A stretch of DNA of 54,394 bases, counting the filler, from Jimgerdemannia flammicorona (lineage: Eukaryota): NCBI GenBank assembly GCA_003990765.1. It is 3 parts of 3 records of this genome, joined end to end, with 100 filler letters (N's around TTAATTAATTAA, not from the genome) between each part and the next. Parts side by side here need not be neighbours in the genome. Positions count along the whole stretch, not along the records: positions 1 to 18,073 come from RBNJ01002314.1; positions 18,174 to 36,236 come from RBNJ01002315.1; 1 more part is not named here. The stretch is one strand, 5' to 3'. The notes beneath the pieces were generated by a model, which was given only the letters and a program-made list of their open reading frames with translations, was not told where the DNA came from and did not search any database. This document shows, piece by piece, positions 12,415-25,914 of this stretch (within the stretch, counting starts at the first letter, position 1; each line of letters starts with the position of its first letter). A program made the translations under genes and the position numbers.

Positions 12415-15400
12415 CAGACCTTTCACCGGTAACATTCAGGTGACACAAGATTTGGACAACACTTTCTGTGAAGTTTTTGGTAAAAAGCTACTATCAACAT
12501 GGTGAGCAACGAGCATACTGGTGGTCGTGGCGGCCAGGGGGACAGCAGTGCCTTCAGCTGGCAGCAGGTCGGGAGGAAATATGGAGATGGTTTGGGGATG
12601 CCAGGGCCATCAGTGGCTGGCAGTAGCGCTGGAGGTAGAGGAAGAGGTGGACTGAGGCAGCAAGGTGGGGGGAGGACGACCTTTGCTGACAAGGTCAGGA
12701 TGGGGAAGATGGTGGCAGGGCTGGATGGTTGGTTGGGTCTGGGGAAGGCAATGCCGGTTTCAGGTGGAGGACAGGGAGGACCCCTCATGGGAGCATCGGT
12801 CGGTATGGGGGGAGGGGGAGTAGGGGTTGGAGATGTGACTGCTGATGGGGTTGTGACGGGGAATCTGGAAAAAAATCCAGATGTGACGGGGGTTGGTGGA
12901 TCAGGACAGAAGGAGGGCACGAGGACCGGGGACCTGGCTGATGGAGTGACAGGCATGGTGTCAGCACAGTTACTCAAAAAGTCGAGTTCAGCATTCGCTG
13001 TCACGTTATGTTTCCGAGGCTTAGTGGTGACTGCGAGGATGATTCTGGGGCTGGTGGCACAGGAGGTGAAGGGAGCAGCTATGGTCAAGTTCCTGAAGGG
13101 GAAGGAAGAGATTGAGGTTGGGTTTGAAGAAGAGGTGTCGATGCTAGAGGCTGTGGAGAAAGGGGTAGTAGTGGGTGGAGTGGTGGTCCCTATGGCAAGG
13201 TGCATGCACTGGGACCCACGAGTGGTGCAGCTGACAGTGCTGGATCTTCCGATGATGTCACAGGAGAGGGTCAGGGAGTTGATTGTGGAGGTGGTCAAGG
13301 AGTACGGAGATATCATCGATGTTGGGTTCAAAGTCTGAGAGGGTATGGAACTTAGGACTGGAGATGTTGATATAAGGGTGCGCTTGTTTGGTCGGGAGAA
13401 CACAGGGAAGGCAAGGGACTGGCCGGCGACACTTAAGTGGGATCCAGTTGAGTGCAGGGTCTCTCGGGTAAAAGGGACGCTGGAGGAAGAGGAGGATTTG
13501 CTGGAGGTGCTTGAGGATCTGTCAGGAGCTGTCAAGAGGAGACAATTGGCTTGGAAGGAGTATGAGGCAAAGACGGTGGTGGAAATTGTGGAAGGGAAGA
13601 AGATCAGAATGGACCGAGGAACCTGGGAGAAGATGCAGGGGAGGTGAATTCAGAGAGAGCTGCTAGAGAAATTGGGAGGAGGCACTGTGGGATGTGGAGA
13701 GGGTGGAGGTGGAGTAGGGTCGAGGGAAAGTGACTGGGCCGGAGAGTCCAGAGCAGTTCCAAGGGTGGCCCAAGGGGTCAGTGGTGAGGGAAGGCAGGGC
13801 GGCGTGGTGGAGGACACTGAAATGAGCGTAGAAGTACAGCCACAGTATGGGGTTCCAGGAGGGGCTGGAGGTGAGGAGGAACTTCTTGACATCCTGGAGG
13901 AGGGGTGGGATGAGTCAGGGAGGAAGATCGCATCGGTGGACCTGGTGGTTGAGGTGAAAGGGAGTGCCCAGGGTGTTGAGGCAGAGGTGGAAGAGGAGAA
14001 GTAGTTGTGTGAAGACTCTGGAGGGGGTGGCAGTGGAGGAACTGGGAGGTGAGGACTTCCAAGTAATGAGTGATAGGCACTGGGTGGAAATTCTGCGTGG
14101 GGAGGAGGTGCCAAAGAAGGTCCGGAATAAGATTCTGGCTGTGCTCCTGGAGTTGGTGGAGTATCAAGTTGATGATCAGAGAGAGGAAGAACTTCGAGTG
14201 ATTGCGAATGATCGAGCTGCTTACTTGTGGACCTCGAAGAAAGGATTGGAGAAGTGGGGAGTAGTGTGCAAGGAGTATAGGATGGAATTGGAAGTGGTTG
14301 ATGGGGCAGAGTGTCAGGAAATCTTGGAGGCACTGGATGCGCAGGAGGAGATGGAGGAGGAGTTGGAGGCTGTGCGGTGCCTGGATCTGGAGGGAGACAG
14401 GAGGAGCATGGAATTCCAGATTGTGATATCTCTACCAAACATTATTCAATATGAACAGTACAACTAGAATCCTTTCTTTGAACGTCAATGGGCAAAGGGG
14501 GGCATCATGGCGTAGAAATATCTTTGGCTGGTTGAAGGGTCTGGAGGCAGATCTCTTCCTATTGCAGAATGTACGGTATGAGTCGGATGTGGACCTACTG
14601 GACTGGACTCCAGAATGGGGTGGGGCGGCGATATGGACTGGGCAGGTGGGCATCCTGGTTCGAAAATAGATGGGGGACATTGGGGACAATGGACATTGGG
14701 GGAGTAGGCTGGTATGGGGAGTGTGGAGGAGGCCTGGCTGGAACACTTTGACTGTTGGATTGTGTTATTGCCTGGCTGAGAGAGGGGAATGCATAGATTG
14801 GATCAGGGACTTATGAGAGGCTGGGATCTTGGGGGAAGCTGGAATAGACTGCCTGGGAGGTGACTTTAACATGGTGCGTGATAATGAGGTAGATAGGACT
14901 GATGGGGGGAGAGGACTGCGAGGTAAAAGTGGAGGGCTGGAGGATTGGATGGAGATGGAGAGGTTGAGTTCATTGGTGGATTCGGGGCAACAGTTCTGGG
15001 CAGATCGCCAAATCTATACTCACTGGGTGGCAGGACTAGGATCCAGGATCGACTGGGTGCTAATGGCGGAGTGCTGGGGAGAGGATGTCTGGGCTACACT
15101 GGAGGTGGTTTGGTGCCCGTGGTCTGATTACTGGGGAATAATAGGGAGTGGGAGGTTTGGGGGCAGTGGGGATGGGCCAGGACACTGGTGGCTCAACTCA
15201 TCTTTATTGAAGGATGGTTCTCTATGGACGGATTGGGAGGTGGAGGCTACCGGGAAGATTATTAGATGGCGAGAGCAGGGACTGGTTATTGGAGACCGAT
15301 GGCAGAGGCTAAAGTCAAGTGCTCAGCGGTTCTGGAGGGAAGCAGGGAAAGGAAAAAGTGCACAAAGGCGGAGGCATGTACAATGGGCTTCACATAGATT

Positions 15401-18073
15401 GGTGGCACTGTTGGAGAAATGGGCGGGGTGGACAGAGGGTGAAGGAGTAGCGGATTTGCGAATTCTGAGGATAAAGAAGGAAATCGAAGAGCTGAAGGAG
15501 GTGCTACAGAGGGAGGAAGAGAATCAGATAGATGGAATGATGGCGAGACTGCGGTGGCAGGGGTTGGAGGAAGGGGAGCGACCTACTAAATTTCTCTCCT
15601 GGCTGCTCCAAGCACAGAGGACCAGGCAGCGGTGGGATAGTATCTTGGATGAGGATGGGGAGATGGTGGTGGGTACGCCAGAAATTCTGGGATTGCTGCA
15701 TAATCACTGGGGATGTTTGTAGAGCGAGGAGGATGGAGGTGAGGATACACTGACCATTGAATGGCAGTTGGAGGACTGGCATCCGGACCTGGCTCTGGGA
15801 CTGGGGACACTGGGGGAGCCAGTACGAGGAGAGGAGGTGTGTAAAGTCCTGGCCACGACAAGTAAAGGGACTGCGCTGGGAGAGGATGGACTTCCCTGGG
15901 ATTTTTGGAAGAGGATGGTCAAGGTGGAAGGGGTCTTGGAGGAGGTGACTGCAATGTGTGATGAAGTTATTCGATCTGGTGTCTGGATTGGGGGTCAGCA
16001 CCTAGGACTGGTCTCCCTGCTCTTTAAGGATAAGGGGAGGAGGGAGGATTGGAAGAATTGGTGACCGATCATGCTCCTTGACATGGACCACAAGTTGGTG
16101 ACAAAGGTCTTGGTGAATAGACTACAGGGGATCACTCAACACGTATTAGGAGTGGAGCAACGAGGATTTGTTGGGGGTCGGTTGATCCGAGATAGCACTG
16201 CATGGGTCCATGGAGTGATTGAAGGAGCTCGGGCAGCTGGGGTTGATGGCCGGTTGGTTTTTCTGGACCAGGAGAAGGCATATGACAGAGTGAGGAGGGT
16301 CTGGCTGGAAGGTGTACTGAGGCGTATTGGAATCCCAATGGATTTTCGGAGGTCATTAATTAGCCTATTGGAGAACAGTCAAGCAGCTTTGGTGGTGAAT
16401 GGGCACAGGGGAATGAACTTCCCGCTAGGCTACGGAGTGCCACAAGGGGATCCTTTGTCACCTATCCTATATGCCCTGTCCTTAGAGCCCCTTCTGGACA
16501 GGATCCAGCATCGTATAGGGGGTTTGGATATTTTGGGGATTAACTGGAAGGTTGGAGCTTTCGCGAATGACATGGTGGTCAGTCTGGGTTCATTTGCTGA
16601 TGTGGAGGAATTGTGTAGGACTGTGGAGTGGTATGAGAGAGGCTCAGGTGTGCGACTCAATTGGTACAAATGTGAAACTATGGTACTAGGAGGGGGAATA
16701 GTTGGCGGTGAAGTCATTGGAACAGTGGTCCCTGCTGGAGAACCGGTCTGGTACTTGGGGATATACTTCTCAGTATATGGGTCTCTCCTGCCTCGTATAT
16801 GGTGGGAACAGCAGCTTATAGTGTGGGGGAACATTCTCTTGAGGTGGGGTGGCTGGCATATTTCCTTAGCAGGAAGGGTGATGGTGCTGAACATGTATTG
16901 GCTGCCAAAGCTGTGGTATATAGGGTATCATCTGGACTTCCCTGCCTGGGTGGTCAAGCGGCTTCTGAAAATGGCAAGTTCGTGGATCTGGGCTGGACGG
17001 CGGAGTCAAATTGGCTGGGAGGTTCTGTCACTACCTGTTGGCAGGGGTGGGCTGGGCTTGGTGGACTTGGCCAAGCATCTACATTGCCTGAGAGCTTGGT
17101 GGCTGAAGAGAGCTAGTGAGTTGCATGGAAGGGAATGGGTGCTACTTATGCAGAGAGTGTGGGAAGTTTGGTACTCCCCTCGTGGCACAACCAGTGATCT
17201 GTTGGCGCTGGTGGCTTTGGATGGTAGTCGAAAGATGCGCTACAAAGGTTTTTGGTGAGGAGTGGTGGACAGTACAAGGCGAATAGGACTTCGATGGAGA
17301 GGCGGTGAGGGGGAGGAGGAATGGGGACCACAGATGTGGAGATGGGACCAGTTGCTGCTGGGTGGTACTTTGGTGGAGGATTATCAACTTGGCGATGGTA
17401 TGGAATGTCTGATGGATCTTGGGGGTGACGTATGGCCCAAGGCTTGGCAGCGAGCTGGGATTGGAGAGGAGTGGGATTGGAATGGGGTCTGGCTTTGGAG
17501 CAAGCAGGTGGCACAGTGGCTTCCCCCCAAGTTCTGGGTGATATGGTGGAGATTCTTGAGGCGGAATGTCATGCTGAACTATCGGTCAGGGCATTTAGTG
17601 CCTGATGGTATGTTTGAGTGTGAGGAATGCTTGAATGTGGGCCAGGAGGGGGGAGTGGTGCAGATGCCTGAACATTGGCTTGGGGAGTGTGAAGTAATTG
17701 GGGGCTTTTGGGACATTATTGCTAGTAGGTTGGGACTCCAGCCTTTGTTGGAAGGGGAGGGAGGGAGATGGGGGAACCTTCGGTGGAGATTAGTAGGTGG
17801 GGTGGGGAATGAATGGTTGACCCTGGGTTGGGCCCTGGCAATCTGGGTAGGGATGGCTGGTCATTGGCTACGTGTCTTTGAGGAGGGCCAGGCAACTACT
17901 GTTGCGGCAAGGGTGGGGTGCTGGGAATGGTTAACACTAGACACTTTGAATGGTTGGTGGCGAGGGTGGGGAGAGGGAGGGGGGAGTCGCCGGAAATTGG
18001 TGGAATGTATCTGCAGGAAGAGCGAGGGGAAAGTTTGGGTGATGGGTGGATGGATTGTCCTTCGGTGGGGCGA
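12415..18073 (+). mobile_element. L1/Tx1-clade non-LTR retrotransposon (ORF1 + APE-RT ORF2), inactivated, 3' end cut by the contig end
   Basis: ORF1 runs 12499 to ~14430 and is similar to the ORF1 at 33727-31860. ORF2 starts at 14451. The sense strand is strongly G-rich and carries several TGA/TAG stops. The 5' boundary is approximate. Confidence 0.92.
14451..18073 (+). pseudogene. LINE ORF2: AP endonuclease, reverse transcriptase and C-terminal CCHC
   Basis: APE motifs ILSLNVNG, GGDFN, SRIDW, SDY(H). RT motifs LDQEKAYD, GVPQGDPLSP, FANDM (mutated FADD) and YLGI. CEEC...EHWLGEC knuckle. Confidence 0.92.
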
Positions 18074-18173
18074 NNNNNNNNNNNNNNNNNNNNNNNNNNN
18101 NNNNNNNNNNNNNNNNNTTAATTAATTAANNNNNNNNNNNNNNNNNNNNNNNNNNNNNNNNNNNNNNNNNNNN
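18074..18173. other. Artificial contig linker (44 N + TTAATTAATTAA + 44 N)
   Basis: Exactly 100 bp, with stops in all six frames; identical to 36237-36336. Confidence 0.98.
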
Positions 18174-19016
18174 GGGGGGGGGGCTGCTCAGTCGGAGTGG
18201 AGTCTGGTGGAAGAGGACGATGTCGAATGGTCTGCTGCAGGAACAAGGCAAGGCAGACTTGTGCGAGAAGAGGGGGGGCGCAAGGACAAGGGCAAAGGGC
18301 AAAGGGGTTGGGGGAGAGAGGGCGGGGATGGACGGGGATGGACACGGGGTTTTGCAAAAAAAAGGGCGAGTGACCCAGCAAGGATTTTGCCTGCGAACAC
18401 AATCGACCGTGTATGGGCATGCCTGGCAATTATTCGTGCCACTTGCCCATTAAGGGTCTCGTGCAACTAAACATGATGGCGTTTGCAGTCCTGCCCTTCC
18501 CTTCCGACCCCCTCCACCCCGTCCAACCCGCCCGAATCGTCCAAACGGGCCCTCCCGCTTGACACCCCGAGAATCGGCTGCCTCCCCCCCCCCGATATTT
18601 GAACAAGGCCCTCCTTGACAGATTGTTGTCATCGGCGGGGTTTCAGCTCGAAATCTCCACGGCTCCCATTTGGTGGGTGGGGCATGCACCACCCACCCTA
18701 TTTCCAAAAAGAAACCCACCGTTTTAGTGAACCTGGTCTAATTTGACTAGTGCCTGGATAAGGCCAAAATACAGGTTTCCCTGTGACTATGACATAGTAG
18801 TCTGGAACAACAAACCAGGCTAGATTTACCCATGAAACCCAGAGCCCGCGATCGCCGCATGTGCTCGTGCTTTGTATGTCTCGACCACCTCACGGAACGC
18901 GAGAGCGACAACAGAAATATTTAGTACGACATTCCCTCTTCCATGTGCCTGTAAAACAGAATCCACTCTTTTCACGAACCCCTTCTTTGCTCAAGTTAGA
19001 TTGGAGGCACTCATCG

Positions 19017-20450
19017 TCAGTCATCACTTGAACTATGCCATTTTCGTCCACAACCCCTCGGCCAGGGCGCACAAAATCTCAGTTGTTTGACAAACCATGC
19101 GCCAAATTTGGCTTCGAGAAGAACGTCAACACGGCCCACAAAGGGTTTTTGTGTGACCGGCGGGTGGAGCTTAATTGCCCAACAGCCGAAGCACAAAAGA
19201 CCAGCCAGCTGATCGAACGTCGTTGTTTCTCTGGTAACATGCATAGGGGGCGGAAGGGGAGGGGGAGGGGTGAAACGTGTCCTGCAATGGCAGAGGGTAA
19301 TTGTTTTGACTAAACTTGCCGCGGAAAACATGAACCACCAACCACTATCACGGAACGGACCGCCACATGCATGAATCCGTGCACTGTGCGTCCAAACAAA
19401 CCCGTATTTCGATTCCGTGAAGTCGGCACGGTCAATCCGTTGCATCGGCTGCCGATCAACTGTCGAGGTGTGAGTGTGATGGATGACTTGCCAATCACGC
19501 TGAAAACGTTGAAGGCCCTTCTCTGCCACTTCGAGGATATTAAAATTATCCATTGTGGATGTGTGCCATAGATTTTTCATAAAGCTGTGGACTATGTCAA
19601 CTCTTTATCCATTATGCAAGAGCTCAATCATGGAAAAGGGAACCACCATCACGATTAGTTTGAAAAGACGAAAATAAAGCAGATATGTGTGTAGTGTGTG
19701 TGGTGGGGTCGACACCATTTTTGGGGCATGAAATTGAGAAAAAAAAAAACGGGGGTCCTCGTTGAAAACGACCATAATTGCAGAAATAACCGTTCCCACA
19801 ACTACCTTACCTTACTTAATATTTTATCTTGAATGAAACAACGGCATGGTACCTGTCATCCATGAAGGTTCTCCCAGTTCCCAGTTCGCATCATCAACAA
19901 TAAACCAAAACTGCTCATTAAATGTATGATTCAGGAATAGCATGTGCCAAGTTCTCATCAAATATGCTGCTATATGCACAATCATATTGAGTCCGCTCGG
20001 GTGAGACGTTGGTTGAATCTTGTAACTTGTGCCCGAAAATGCCCCTTGCAGGATGAAGGGTTTTGATAGGAACTCCGCATAATGTCTCGAAATGGCTCGA
20101 TATTGCTACTTACACCAAGATCGAAGGTAGTTGCTGCTAGTCAATTGGCTCGGTTGTTGCACGACTTCGTGCCTGGTGTCACAAAGATCAACCTCGTCCG
20201 CTTGCTTCACCGTGCTGAAGCGGGAAATAGTGGACGTTTCTAGAAGAGCAATTAGTGTATGGGATTGAGACTGGGAGTATGTTGTAAGATGCTAGGTTGA
20301 GTGTGAAGCATCCTTCACATATGTATTTGGTGACACTCTTCTCCCTTCTTCTCTGAACGTGTGCCAACCAAATCGCTGTCGGTGGCAAACCTTTGGATTT
20401 CACTACTCTCATTTTTCTTTCAGGTCTACGTTGCTGGCACACAAACACGG
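19017..20450 (-). CDS. Possible multi-exon hypothetical gene or pseudogene
   Basis: Minus-strand GT-AG-bounded open segments (TSTISRFSTVKQADEVDLC...YLRSW; WAFSGTSYKIQP; FWFIVDDANWELGEPSW) lie upstream of ORF 19017-19580. No recognisable domain, and the model is incomplete. Confidence 0.3.
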
Positions 20451-22410
20451 AGGACTGTTCTATAGATGATATTCATCATCACTATTACGTGCTCCGTTTC
20501 ATTTCATTTATTTATAAATTAATCTGAGAAAAGCCTGTATGTATTTGGAGGAGGGGGCTAGTTAAAGCGCGCGTTGCCTCCGATGGGATGGCAAATGTAA
20601 TTTTTAACAGGTGAGAAAGCTTCCCTTATTCCTAAACGTGCCTATCGGTGCATGTGTTGGTATGTCTTATCACTGATTGGTTTGTTAGAACTAAATGTAA
20701 AAGTGCGTGAAGAAGTCGGTATTATTTTATTACTCTGTTTTTGCCATCCTCCTTGTCTAGCCTCCTTGAACCCCCTAGTTCCGTCACTCGATTAAAGGAT
20801 TGATTCTTCACGGCAATATCCTTTCATATTCGCGCCTTATGGCAATTCGCAAGTAATTCATCGTGCCTGAGATTGCAATCGGTGGAATTGGAGGCCTGCG
20901 CAGTTGCCAGTACTCAGCGCTGCCGCCTTTGCCCATTTAATTCATAGCCAAAGGAAAGAATCACATCACTGTCCAAGATATGAATATCGAAGAGTGAAGA
21001 CAAATAAACCGTGAATTAAGCAACCCTGCCTATATGTTCATTACACAACTTCCTCTCCGTCTTTATAGACTTTTGGTCCCAACGCATGGCGGCAAGTGGA
21101 TACATGCTCTACCCCAAGGACCCAAAGCACATTGCTGGCGAAACCATCTGGCAATACCGACGGAGGAGAGCTGTCGTGTCTGGACGAATATGGCAAGCAG
21201 TGTCCAAGATCGAAAAAACCGCTTCGCTTCGACATTCCATTAGAGACGGTCGAAGACATGACTTCAGACATCGAAACAACAAAAAATTCCTGGATGCCAT
21301 CAAGCTGATGGGATGACTGTGTTGCCATTAGACTTCCTATCCTGATATACTGGGAGGAAAACTTATACGAAAACGAGAGGAACTTAGCCACACGAATGCC
21401 GTCTGTGTATTTGGTTGGTTTGGTGGTGAGAAACGTTGCGAATTTTGTCAAGAACGCTGTGAAAGCATTTAGTGGATAGGGTAATAATATACATGCGTTC
21501 AAGAATTCTAAGGCGTTACGAATGCTTAACTCCATCGCGCTAGTTGATATTCTTGCGTATTAAATTCAGATTTCGCAGTTAGGTTGAAATCGATCATCGA
21601 TAACCTTTCTGCGAAAATTACAAAATAGAAAACAGACCCACCAGTGAACATCTGAGAAAGCATAATATGGTAATCGAGAACAAAAAGAGAACAGTAGTAC
21701 GCGGGCTTTGTTCATGATGCACCTGCAACCACCTGCAACCTACCAAGAAGTTTGAGATAAGATCAATGCAAGTTAAATGGACAGTCTGCGCAATTTCGTT
21801 GTAATGTACATATTCATGGATGTGCTAAAATTAATAAAATAAAAAATGGGGAAAAAAAAAGGCATACACACTGAGCTAACCTGATTGTCGTTCTAGGTGT
21901 GCGCGGAAGATATCATCGGCGGTGGCTTATTGCTTGTCCAACCTATAACGGTTGTTCCATTTTAAATTTATAAAAGGTCGTGATATGGATGTACATCGCG
22001 GTTCACTATCAAAATAGTTAAGCACTAGATGTTGACAATGTTGATAACATACAAACAGCTATATATAATTATGTATTTTTATTTATTTATTTATTCGTCC
22101 TGTGCAACCTAGTCTACTAATGCACTTCCCACGAGTTGCCATTTATACTTATATCCTGTTGTATTGGTTCGTTTCGCAGGAAATTAGCGGATGAAACACC
22201 CCCTAATTTGACTGGATTAGTAGTGTTCATCGTCGTCGGAACGTCGGAGAGCCAATACCTTTACTAGTTGCCCAATGCGGCTGATCGTCAGTCGGAAAGC
22301 CCCCGTCGTGAAAATTGAGATGTTCGATTGGCGGCCTTTTGTTATAAAATCTCTCATCCCAACGGTCTACGATTCTCAAACTTCTCCCACATTCACCGCA
22401 AGCCATCACA

Positions 22411-22954
22411 ATGAGATTCTTCACCATCGCCGCTGTTGCCGTTTTCGCGTTCGTAGCCTTCACCGAAGGGCGTCCCAAGGGCAAGGATTTCGCAAAAGGC
22501 TGCGATGTATTCCACACCGGTTCGTAAGCATATCTGATCGATTAAATACTAGTGATACACAATTCCGTGCCTATGAAAGTTATTGACCAATGCTCCACCT
22601 TTCTTACATTTATAAGTCATCCATACAGACGGTTGCGACACGGTCTCCAAATATTACTGCATTTTTGAGACGGATCTGTACGCTTGGAATCTTGGTCTCC
22701 ACAAGACTTGTGACAACATGGATGATGGTACCCAAGTCTGTGTACATGTCAAGGGCTACAACTTCACCAGGAAAGATTGCAAACCCCCCAAGACGGATGG
22801 CAAACCCCCCAAGAAGGGTGTCAAACCCCCCAAGAAGGGTGTCAAACCCCCCAAGAAGGGTGGCAAACCTCCCAAGAAGCCCAAGGATCCTACGGAAGAT
22901 GGCGAGCCTCAGGATGACGAGCTTCCCGAGACGAGTTATGACCCAGAGCCCTAG
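22411..22954 (+). CDS. Small secreted LysM-domain protein (candidate chitin-binding effector) with Lys/Pro-rich repeat and acidic tail
   Basis: Exons 22411-22519 and 22617-22954 (GT..AG intron). Signal-peptide-like N-terminus MRFFTIAAVAVFAFVAFTEG. Cys-containing fungal LysM pattern CDVFHTVIHTDGCDTVSKYYCIFETDLYAWNLGLHKTCDNMDDGTQVCV, with the WN motif. Missed as a whole by the ORF track. Confidence 0.85.
22780..22885 (+). repeat. 21-bp coding tandem repeat (KPPKKGV), about 5 units
   Basis: Repeated aaaccccccaagaagggtgtc. Confidence 0.9.
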
Positions 22955-23225
22955 TCGTTGAAATAGTGGAACGGAGGCTGTAGTCAACAATGTAAATTAC
23001 AACACACAATAATAAATATAATATATCAAATCATGATACCGACTGTAAAGTCAAGCCGAACTCTCTTGTACACATGCTCGCTCAACGTCAAGTCTTGCTC
23101 GGTATGTCGTACATTTGCTTGAATTTCATACTATGAGTCCAAACTTCATATAGATGCTTGGGCATTGTTCCACTCCAGCCATGACTACCTATATATGCAC
23201 ATCACGCTGATACTGAATACACAGA

Positions 23226-23612
23226 TTGGACTCCAAGGACCAACATCTGATGCAGCTTATCATGAGGAGCGGTCGGATTGAAGCGAGGTGCGACTTCAAG
23301 GGAACTTTGAAATCAAGTGTCGACAATATCGAAGCGATCGTCGGGAAGCCTATCGCATATATCTATATATTCACTGATCCTCGCCATCCCCATGAGGGAT
23401 ATTTATATACTTTTCCTGATCGATGTGGGCACGAAGCACAATGGACCGTTCTTGATTCTGACGTCGGGCAACAGATTTGGAGATGCGTGGATAACATACA
23501 GAAGACGGGTAACCTGAACGGAGTCAGATTCTATTTTAAGTTGCTTTCGGTCAAGCCAGCGATGCCGCTTCTGACATCGGCAGGTCGACGTTTTCGAGGG
23601 TTTCCGCACTAA
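23226..23612 (+). CDS. Hypothetical protein, probably the last exon of a spliced gene
   Basis: 128-codon ORF with globular composition, preceded by an acceptor-like ACAG. No domain recognised, and the upstream exon is unresolved. Confidence 0.3.
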   Translation: MDSKDQHLMQLIMRSGRIEARCDFKGTLKSSVDNIEAIVGKPIAYIYIFTDPRHPHEGYLYTFPDRCGHEAQWTVLDSDVGQQIWRCVDNIQKTGNLNGVRFYFKLLSVKPAMPLLTSAGRRFRGFPH

Positions 23613-24332
23613 AGGGCATGTTGCTTGCTGTCAGCATTATCCAATGTTGGAAATAATAACAATAATAACTTAATGGGCCAAAACAGCGCGCTTGACAGCA
23701 TGGACGTCGGCGTTATCGATATCCCTCAGTGCCACTTGGCCTTTTCCACCGTTGTACTCTGGGTGATGTCATCTATGAGATCCATTATACCCCAGTACAC
23801 AAGACTACAGGTGCAAAAATGCAACTATCAAAAGCTTTGGGACAAGGACATCAAAAGAAAGTGTACTCAGGAATTACAAAATCCTAGTACCATACACTGA
23901 GTACCATAGAGTATGCCCTATACATTTAAGTATATGTGTACTGTGGTATTATGATATAATCATTAGATGGATTATTTTTATCTCAATAATCAGTCATTTT
24001 TCTAACTAGCTACTTATTCAGCTTTACTTTAATATATTTATTATTTACAATACATTTCTTTCCTCCTTTCTACTGTAATGTGCTGGCTCAATAGAGATAA
24101 ATTACAAGGTGGGGCAACTATATGAATTGGCTTGAGCCCCCAGTTACTTTGTCAAAAAGTAACAAAATGTTCAATAGTTAATCTCAGACAGAATATCTCT
24201 TAATTAGGTAAAGTTCTTCTTTAGAACTTTGATAGCAAATTTTCTAACTTAATCTGGTAAGCAGACTAAAAATAGCAGACTTCTTTATATTAGAATGTAG
24301 ATTAGAGCAGAATTAGATATTAAAGCTCACAA

Positions 24333-24334
<2 letters not shown>

Positions 24335-24369
<35 letters not shown>

Positions 24370-25101
24370 TAATCTATAATAATATATAGTTCTTATACCA
24401 TACCAGTAGCTCCAACCCAACTCACTTCACCCTATTCTACTCTAACATACTTTCTCTCTCCTATTTCTACTTTCTTGAAAATAATCATATTATTAATCAC
24501 TATAACTTATTTTTTACTCTTTCTATAAATCTCTTTCATCAGATACTGATAGTGACTACTCTGAGAGCTCTATCCTCTCTACTAGCTAGATAGTATGTCT
24601 ACTATTAGCTTCTCTCATCTTGCCACCTTCTCTTCTAAGGCAATTTATCTCTTATCCTTAAATATATAGCTAATATCTAGTTAACTCTATCTATACTACT
24701 AATGTCTACTCAACAGTAAGTTACTCATTACTAATATATCCTAACAACTGCTCTCTTAAGACCTCTCACCTACTCTTTACTCCATCTGTATACTACCTCA
24801 GCTTTAGACAGTCTTCAACTCTCTCTTAAAAGTCACTAAGTACTTTATACTCACTTAGGTAATATTTAGACATCTGTATAATCTCCTCCTTTTGCTCTAT
24901 ATTGAAATAATTCTCATACTTGAAACTGTCTCTCACTACTAAGTATTTTGACCTAAAGTTCAATATAAAATTCTTCCTTAAGATATTATCCAGAACTTTA
25001 GAGGAAGTTACTACTATACCTTAGTACTCTAAGGCCATACTTTAGCCTAGTCTTAAGTCTTATCAATATCTGCTATCTGCTAGCCTAATGGCTATAGATT
25101 C
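24335..25101 (-). mobile_element. Heavily mutated LINE 3' portion with poly(A) (poly(T) on +)
   Basis: Poly(T) at 24335-24366. Its reverse complement aligns with 10930-11155, differing mostly by G-to-A changes. Interrupted at 25102 by an LTR copy. Confidence 0.75.
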
Positions 25102-25914
25102 TATAAATAGGTTATTTTATTAGAATATCATTATATAGTTCTGGAAGAGTTTTCTAGAAGTTCTAAATATTCTAAAAGATCATTTTCTTTAAGGTTAAGA
25201 TCAATTTTATATAGAGTACATCCTCTATACTTATTGATTTCAAGATTAGATTGACATCTTAACCAAAGTCCTTTTTTGGACTTGTTCTAGATGTTCAAAA
25301 GGTTCTGTATTTTAGAAAGTTTAAGAAACTAAGGCCAGCTTAATTGAATTAGCATATTATTACAGATAATACCCAATTAGGAAATTTTGTGACTTGGTTA
25401 TAAGTGGGATCTAATGGGATTAAGAGTAGTTTGTAAGTTATTAAATAGATTTATTTGCTATTTATGATATTACTATACTAAGAGTAGTATATGAAGGAAT
25501 ATTATAGAGAAGTGTTCAGAAGTTCTTGTCTTTATATCTATTTATATCTGTTTGAGTCTGAGTTTCTGAGATCTGGAAGAGTAGATATTTATACTAATGA
25601 GAGACTATCTGAACTATACTAAATATGAGTATAGTACTTAGTATTTTAATGAGTCAGAATATAGTCATATAGTATAAGAGTAAACTGATATATTAAGAAA
25701 TTGTCTGACTATTAAGTCAGTATACAGTTACATTATATAAGACTAATTTAATTATATTAATGACTACTAAGCTATAGATTTAGATACTATCTAGATAGTC
25801 TTTAATAAGATCACTATTGATGATATCATCTCTGATGAAGTAGTTATCTAGAAAGAGTAGTTCTTGGATAATATCTCTTTGTTTATTTATATAGTAATAT
25901 GTTAGAACTATGTC
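25102..25914 (-). mobile_element. Partial LTR copy (outermost and oldest LTR of the nest)
   Basis: Aligns directly with 27041-27851 but is more AT-rich. Starts TATAA (mutated TGTAA). Truncated by the LTR starting at 25915. Confidence 0.8.

Noticed and set aside
12423..14438. Long Ser/Pro/Thr-rich minus-strand ORFs (370 aa, 262 aa)
   Set aside because: Antisense shadows of the G-rich LINE ORF1. The same applies to ORF 30115-30957 opposite the second LINE.
18118..18129. TTAATTAATTAA as a biological motif or piggyBac site
   Set aside because: Synthetic six-frame stop linker between N runs.
18174..18720. GC-rich segment with G-rich then C-rich halves, possibly a fold-back element
   Set aside because: Only compositional symmetry; no alignable inverted repeat, and it is truncated at the contig start.
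20820..21535. Overlapping short ORFs and a splice-acceptor-like site
   Set aside because: No consistent exon model or recognisable domain could be built.
542..22954. CRN plus LysM genes as an effector cluster
   Set aside because: They are on different contigs joined by an artificial linker.
23784..23952. Possible small MITE (CATTATACCCAGTACAC ... GTGTACTGTGGTATTATG)
   Set aside because: The inverted match is imperfect, with no clear TSD or second copy in the window.
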